A stretch of 64,000 nt of DNA from Leptospiria bacterium. GTDB lineage: Bacteria; Spirochaetota; Leptospiria; Turneriellales; CBDBES01. Within the stretch, counting starts at the first letter, position 1; every line of letters starts with the position of its first letter. This document shows positions 58,992-64,000 of the stretch, piece by piece. The stretch lies in NCBI GenBank assembly GCA_965261485.1, contig CBDHCY010000005.1:1484901-1548900 (forward strand). Direction: 5' to 3'. Both the position numbers and the translations under genes were made by a program. The notes beneath the pieces are model-generated. The model saw only the letters and a program-made list of their open reading frames with translations, did no database searches and was not told the DNA's origin.

Positions 58992-61721
58992 TTAGGGATT
59001 ACTTTTCTTCAAAAGAAACTCTACTCTCCTGTTTCTACTGCGTTTATACCAATTTTTATTTGGTACAAGCGGAGAAACTTCACCAATCCCTTGATAGTCT
59101 AGACGCTCAGGCTCTGTGCCCAATTGAATTAAATAATCAACCACTGCCTTTGCTCTCTTCTCAGAAAGCAAAAGGTTAAAACTTTCTCCTCCGAGATCAT
59201 CAGTATGACCTTCCACTTTTATATTATAATGACTATATCGTTCTAACAGACGATGAATCTTTTTAATCAAAGCTCTAGTTTTATATTTTAACTTGGCTTT
59301 TCCTAAGTCAAACTCTATATTTGATATCCTTATTTTTAACCCTCTTTCGCTAACTAGAACCAAAATATCAGTATCAAATTGACCTTCCTTTGACTTCGCC
59401 TGATTACCATAACTATCGGTGGCTGTCAGATAGTATCTATACTCAGTAGCAGACTCTACGAGGCTCCCCTTATCAGATTTACCACTCCAATAAATTTCTT
59501 TAGGGTACTTAGCACCCCCTTTAAATTTTTTAAACAGAACTGTATGAGTTTTACCTTTATCATTTGAACTCACTTCTTTAATATAAAGTTGATAGCTCGT
59601 TATAGGGGAATAATCTTGAATAGATAAGCTAAAAACTTCTTCTTCGTCTTTACCATCACCATCAGGAGAGAAAATAGAAAGACTTGCCTTGACATTAACT
59701 TTTGGTTTTTGAGTATCAAGAATAATTTTTTTGAAGAGTGAATGTGGATGATTACCTGACGCATATTTTACAGAAAATTGAGCATAATAAATACCATCTT
59801 TTAAAGATTTACCATCTTTTTTTGTTCCATTCCATTTAATGGATGGAGGAATTTTACCCCCCCCCCATTTGACGAGAGCGTTTTTTGCATTTTTTATAGG
59901 CTCATCATAAACATCCTTACCTATGGTAAGCTTCCAGCTTATAATATTTTTTTGATTTGAGACCACGGGAGTCATCATCAATGTATCAAATTTTTTGTCA
60001 TGATTAGGGCTTAACCCTGTATTAGAAAGTTTCACATCAACAACATCAATACTTCTGATTAAAGAGATTGCCTGTGTTTCAGTTTGAGATTGGTTTCCCG
60101 ATAAATCATTAGCCGTAATTTTGTATGTATATAAACCTTCACTTACAGGCTTCCCTTTATCATCTTTTCCATCCCAAATTATTTTTTGAGGTATCGCTTT
60201 ACCATTCCATTTATAAGTTTTTACCACCTCGCCAGTAGAGTTAACAAAACTAGCTCTCCATCTATCATTTTTTGTAGCATTAAACTCTTGTAAAATGGTA
60301 ATTGTTTCTAAAATACCGTCACCATTTGGGCTAAAGAAAGAAGAAAGAGCACTAATTTTAATATCAGGTGATGTTGTATCAATTTCAAAAACTCCTGTGG
60401 AGGGTCTACTTACATTACCCCATTCGTCTGTAGCAACAAACTTATAAGAGTAAATACCATCTGACAAATTTTTATGAGCAATAGAATCAGCTTTCTCTAA
60501 TGCAATGGGGTCGACTGTTCCATCCCACCGAATTTGAGAAGGAACCGATAAATATTCTTGTTTTTTGAAGAAATAAATAAAAAAATCTTTGAAACCAAAC
60601 TCTTTTTCAAAGTCTCGTGTATCACTAGCGAATTTACGCACCACCCGACGCCTGCTGTTTAGTATAGAAAAATTCCAATCTTTTACTAAACTTGCATCTT
60701 CAACAAATATTTTAAAATTAATATAATCTTTTTCTCCATCCCAATTTGGAGAGAAATAATTTAAATCTTGCTTAATATGAACACGAGGTGGGGTCTTGTC
60801 AGCGTAGTCAATATCAAACCTTAGAAAAACAGTATGTAAATCACTATCAATATTTATACCAGTTTGAGCGAAAGCATAATTTAGAGAGACAGAAAGCTGC
60901 TTAACATTTAAGTTGACTCCTACTCCAAGTGTGAGACCATTAAGCAAGTCAGCCTCCTCACTCAGAGCGTAACCTATCCCAAAATTTAAAAATTTATACT
61001 GAAGAGTTAGCCCAAAACGAGCAGGTAAAGACGCATAAGTGCCAATGCCAATAATCTCTCCATTTACACCTACTCTAAAACCATAGTTTTTGTAAAAGAA
61101 AAATTGAGTTCCCAAATGAAGTGAGACGCGTGGACCTACTCCATTGGGATTAAAAATATTCACACCTAAATTATGAGATAGAAAATAAAAACTTAAATCA
61201 TAGAGCCCTAAACCAATTTTTGTACTAAACTCGCTCTTTGTATTATATAAAAATGCAGGCTCAATGGCTAACGAAAAAAAAGATACTGTATTTTCAACAG
61301 TAGCTAAGGCAGGTTTTAAATAGATCCCGAATGAAAATCGACTAGTAAATTGTCTGGCATAACCTACCGATAAAAAATAATATTCTTGAAATTGATTTGA
61401 CGGAATCTCTTTTGTTTTATCACCTAAAAAGCCACCATTGATACTCACGGTACCTACCGGACTAGGGATAAATGCTTGAGCCCAAAAAGCATCAACGAGC
61501 GCAACTTTTGCATACCCAAACCCACCACCTTGAATAGCAAGGCCTCCCATTAATGCAGCGTTTGAAATGCTTGATTCATTTGGAAGTAGCATATTTGTAG
61601 AACTTCCCCCCGAACCTAAGTTCGCCGGAATATGCGTTGACTCTAACAAACCACGGATCGAGCCAAAAGAAATTTCACTAAAAAGTAATAGTAATAAAAA
61701 AAATCGAAACTTGATCATCAT
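58992..61721 (-). CDS. OmpA-family outer membrane protein with an N-terminal beta-barrel-like region and multiple FlgD-Ig-like repeats
   Basis: Signal peptide; Gly/aromatic-rich barrel-like N-terminal 300 aa; four FSPN[GW]DG(x)D/E modules; C-terminal OmpA domain (VEGHTDDLGGESFNLLLSEKRAKAVVDYL...NRRVEF). Confidence 0.8.
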   Translation of the reverse strand: MMIKFRFFLLLLLFSEISFGSIRGLLESTHIPANLGSGGSSTNMLLPNESSISNAALMGGLAIQGGGFGYAKVALVDAFWAQAFIPSPVGTVSINGGFLGDKTKEIPSNQFQEYYFLSVGYARQFTSRFSFGIYLKPALATVENTVSFFSLAIEPAFLYNTKSEFSTKIGLGLYDLSFYFLSHNLGVNIFNPNGVGPRVSLHLGTQFFFYKNYGFRVGVNGEIIGIGTYASLPARFGLTLQYKFLNFGIGYALSEEADLLNGLTLGVGVNLNVKQLSVSLNYAFAQTGINIDSDLHTVFLRFDIDYADKTPPRVHIKQDLNYFSPNWDGEKDYINFKIFVEDASLVKDWNFSILNSRRRVVRKFASDTRDFEKEFGFKDFFIYFFKKQEYLSVPSQIRWDGTVDPIALEKADSIAHKNLSDGIYSYKFVATDEWGNVSRPSTGVFEIDTTSPDIKISALSSFFSPNGDGILETITILQEFNATKNDRWRASFVNSTGEVVKTYKWNGKAIPQKIIWDGKDDKGKPVSEGLYTYKITANDLSGNQSQTETQAISLIRSIDVVDVKLSNTGLSPNHDKKFDTLMMTPVVSNQKNIISWKLTIGKDVYDEPIKNAKNALVKWGGGKIPPSIKWNGTKKDGKSLKDGIYYAQFSVKYASGNHPHSLFKKIILDTQKPKVNVKASLSIFSPDGDGKDEEEVFSLSIQDYSPITSYQLYIKEVSSNDKGKTHTVLFKKFKGGAKYPKEIYWSGKSDKGSLVESATEYRYYLTATDSYGNQAKSKEGQFDTDILVLVSERGLKIRISNIEFDLGKAKLKYKTRALIKKIHRLLERYSHYNIKVEGHTDDLGGESFNLLLSEKRAKAVVDYLIQLGTEPERLDYQGIGEVSPLVPNKNWYKRSRNRRVEFLLKKSNP

Positions 61722-61877
61722 TCTTTTTTACCAGTGTATTTTTTAGCGAAAAAGTGCTCAAAAGAATAAAGCCAAGCTTGATCTGATGCACCAGGGTTTA
61801 TTTCATATTTTTTAGGAATATCTGCTAATATAGAAAGATTAGCACCACTTAAAGTAAGGTAGGTCAATTGATTCATT
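61718..61877 (-). pseudogene. decayed, internally deleted 5' fragment of sucA (duplicate of 49284-49860)
   Basis: Minus-strand translation is MNQLTYLTLSGANLSILADIPKKYEINPGASDQAWLYSFEHFFAKKYTGKKE*, compared with SucA MNQLTYSALSGANLAILEDLHKTYETNPSALDQAWLDFF...FFEHFLAKKYIGKKRF. The adjacent 61878-61990 matches the sucA upstream region 49861-49975. Confidence 0.85.
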
Positions 61878-61993
61878 AAAAAATTACGGTAAAATCCTAA
61901 TTATAGTAGAAATCTATAAACTCTCTTGACAAGTCTATTTTTTATTTTTTTATAAAAATAAACTTTTGAGTGAATCTCAAATTTTTTAATTAA

Positions 61994-62084
61994 ACTATTT
62001 TTTATTGTTATAGTGGCGACATTGGCTGAAACTCATAAACACCCATTAAATTGAAAGTTGAAAATTGAAAGTTCAGACTATTTT
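61994..62084 (-). repeat. 3'-tail cassette array A7 (1 unit) downstream of P7
   Basis: TATAGTGGCGACATTGGCTGAAACTCATAAACACCC at about 62008, followed by hexamer spacer. Confidence 0.8.
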
Positions 62085-64000
62085 TTATTGGCCTTCATAA
62101 GCACCCATATCTATGCGATCGTTTACAATACGAGGGTTGCCGGCTAGGTCGGTGGTTATCTCAGCGGGTAGCCCACCATTGTCGGCCGTACTACCCACAT
62201 CAATCGCAGGTGAACCCGTATTTAAACGTAAATTGTCATCAAGCGTACCAACAACATTATCAGCACCATCGGCGTCTACAAACATTGGATAATTAGCATA
62301 ACCAGCAGCTGTCGGGTCACCATCAATATTATTACCACCATCGCCATTATTGCCAGTGCTATCATCACCATCATTATCGTCGCCACAACTGCTAACACCC
62401 GTTGCCCAAGTGGAACCACTAACACCACAACCTTGAATCAAGCTGTGTGAAATATTAATTGTCCTGGTATCACCAGACAATTTGCTACTGCAAATATTCT
62501 GATTACCTCGGGAATTCGCTCCAGTACAAGTGCCCGCTGTATTGCCCCACATAATGACATTGATCAAGATAATACTTCCAGCTCCATAAATACTACTTCC
62601 TCCACCTCCATCAGCAGTAGCTGTATTGTTTGAAAAAACAACATTAGTCAAGGTTAAATTAGCATGAGTACTCCGTGTACCGCCACCAAAAGGGGCCATA
62701 TTGCCTGAAAAAGCAACATTGGTTAAAATAGCACTACTACGAAAATTAGTAAGACCACCACCACCTAGATTGGAAGCAGTGTTCCCAAAAAAAAGAATAT
62801 TAGTTAATATTAAATTATTACTATTTCTACTATACACACCGCCGCCACCACCGGCTGCATTGCCTGAAAAAGTAATATTAGTTAAGGTTAAATTATGATT
62901 ATCTATATTATACACGCCACCACCCCTATTAGTATGGTTAAAGGTACCAGTAGGACCATTTGATTGACCAGCTGTAATCGTAAAACCATCTAAAATGGCA
63001 TCACTCGCCCCTGTAACAACTGTATAACTATTATTAGCGATTACAGTCATCATACCACCAGCATCCGCCATTTCGGTACCCTTAATGTCATCAGCATTTT
63101 CTGTAACGCCGGCAGCATTAACAGTGTCGTCACCACCAAGATCACCGCTTAAAATGGGTTTGTTCACCCGCCAGTTACGCTCACTTAATGAGGTCTCTGT
63201 ACCACTAAAACCACCATAGACCCTGACATGTGATATCAATTGAAAAGTAGCATCTCGATCAGAAACTAAAGACGTAGGCTTGTAAACACCTGCAGCCACC
63301 ACAATTTGAACTGGTAGAGCCGAGGTCGCGGCAGTGGCTGTAGAAGATGTTAACGCTGAGCTTAAATCGCTAAAAGCATTCGACCAACTCGTGCCATCAC
63401 TCGAACCACTCGCACCACCCGCAGCATTAACAAAAATAGTCTTATTAGTATTTTTCGTTGCAGAGATTTCAACACCCGCGGCATAATTACGGCTTGCATC
63501 ATAAGCGAAGATTTTATAAAAATAAAGAGTGCCCGCCGTTGCCGCTCTAACGCTGAAATCAGGAGAATTGGCATTGTACACCACCCGTGAAGTACCAATT
63601 GAAGCATCAACTATATATTCTTCACCAGCACTAGGGCCATCTATTATTGAGATTGTATCTCTTAAGATTAAAACCTTAGAGAAATCAGCATCCGCTGGGT
63701 TTATCCAAGTAATTACATTTAATAAGTCTCTAAAAGTAACATCGCTCACCTCAGCTGGTGATTGTGTATCAGCTGGTGGTGGTATATATTTATTAACCTT
63801 AGTCTGAACGCCGAAATTGTAATAAAGATAAGTGTCAGAGACAAAGACTTTATAAAAATAAACGACATCCTCTACAACTTCTGTGTCTCTAAAAGTTGGT
63901 GCGGCTGCGTTATAGACTACCCGTGAGACTCCCATTGTGGTGGAGACAGGATAATCTCGCCAATGTTTAGGAAAATCTTGGATAGCACTTGTATTCTTTA
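62085..64000 (-). CDS. P7: beta-helix surface protein paralog (long form like P6); the N-terminus lies beyond the window end
   Basis: ORF track 62085-63935. The frame stays open to 64000: hand translation gives ...KNTSAIQDFPKHWRDYPVSTTMGVS, parallel to P6 KNTSAIQGFPRPWRDYPVFTAMGAS. Ends IDMGAYEGQ*. Confidence 0.85.
   Translation of the reverse strand, partial: KNTSAIQDFPKHWRDYPVSTTMGVSRVVYNAAAPTFRDTEVVEDVVYFYKVFVSDTYLYYNFGVQTKVNKYIPPPADTQSPAEVSDVTFRDLLNVITWINPADADFSKVLILRDTISIIDGPSAGEEYIVDASIGTSRVVYNANSPDFSVRAATAGTLYFYKIFAYDASRNYAAGVEISATKNTNKTIFVNAAGGASGSSDGTSWSNAFSDLSSALTSSTATAATSALPVQIVVAAGVYKPTSLVSDRDATFQLISHVRVYGGFSGTETSLSERNWRVNKPILSGDLGGDDTVNAAGVTENADDIKGTEMADAGGMMTVIANNSYTVVTGASDAILDGFTITAGQSNGPTGTFNHTNRGGGVYNIDNHNLTLTNITFSGNAAGGGGGVYSRNSNNLILTNILFFGNTASNLGGGGLTNFRSSAILTNVAFSGNMAPFGGGTRSTHANLTLTNVVFSNNTATADGGGGSSIYGAGSIILINVIMWGNTAGTCTGANSRGNQNICSSKLSGDTRTINISHSLIQGCGVSGSTWATGVSSCGDDNDGDDSTGNNGDGGNNIDGDPTAAGYANYPMFVDADGADNVVGTLDDNLRLNTGSPAIDVGSTADNGGLPAEITTDLAGNPRIVNDRIDMGAYEGQ

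Overview
AT-rich (by eye about 30% GC) chromosomal segment from a diderm bacterium (BamA, an OmpA-family protein, lipoproteins). I cannot assign a taxon from the sequence alone. All domain names come from motif recognition in hand-read translations; no database search was run. A housekeeping core (plsC/gpsA-like fusion, dapA, dapB, murA, proS, nifS-like, folC, trhO, rpmG, fur, bamA, serB, hisF, purS, purC, apbE, sucA, rnr) is interrupted and flanked by three clusters of a seven-member paralogous gene family. All seven are on the minus strand: 2449-4475, 5523-7446, 8470-10471, 50193-52122, 52423-54315, 54548-56656 and 62085 to beyond 64000. They encode Pmp-like / choice-of-anchor-Q-like parallel beta-helix surface lipoproteins. 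Main finding: five paralogs carry a perfect 10-bp tandem repeat (coding strand TTACTCAAGG; 17, 11, 15+2, 14 and 4 copies) between the start codon and the lipobox. Only the 4-copy gene (52423-54315) is in frame. By hand arithmetic each of the other four is exactly one repeat unit from being in frame. This looks like a multi-gene slipped-strand phase/antigenic-variation system with an unusual decamer unit. Second finding: every paralog is followed by a tandem array (1 to 10 extra units of 82-115 bp) that repeats the last ~13 codons, the stop codon and the 3' flank of the gene, separated by degenerate hexamer microsatellite. The paralogs are mosaic, with shared blocks in different combinations. 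A decayed sucA 5' fragment at 61.7 kb shows that a whole segment (sucA 5' end, tail array, paralog) was duplicated. Other notable items: a GC-rich 46/47-bp minisatellite next to the stop codon of a 1150-aa Ser-rich GLUG-motif surface protein; MurA with Asp at the fosfomycin-target Cys position; an acyltransferase fused to a GpsA-like domain with a degenerate NAD loop; and an FMN-binding protein next to a membrane-domain-ApbE fusion. No rRNA, tRNA, CRISPR, transposase or integrase was recognised.
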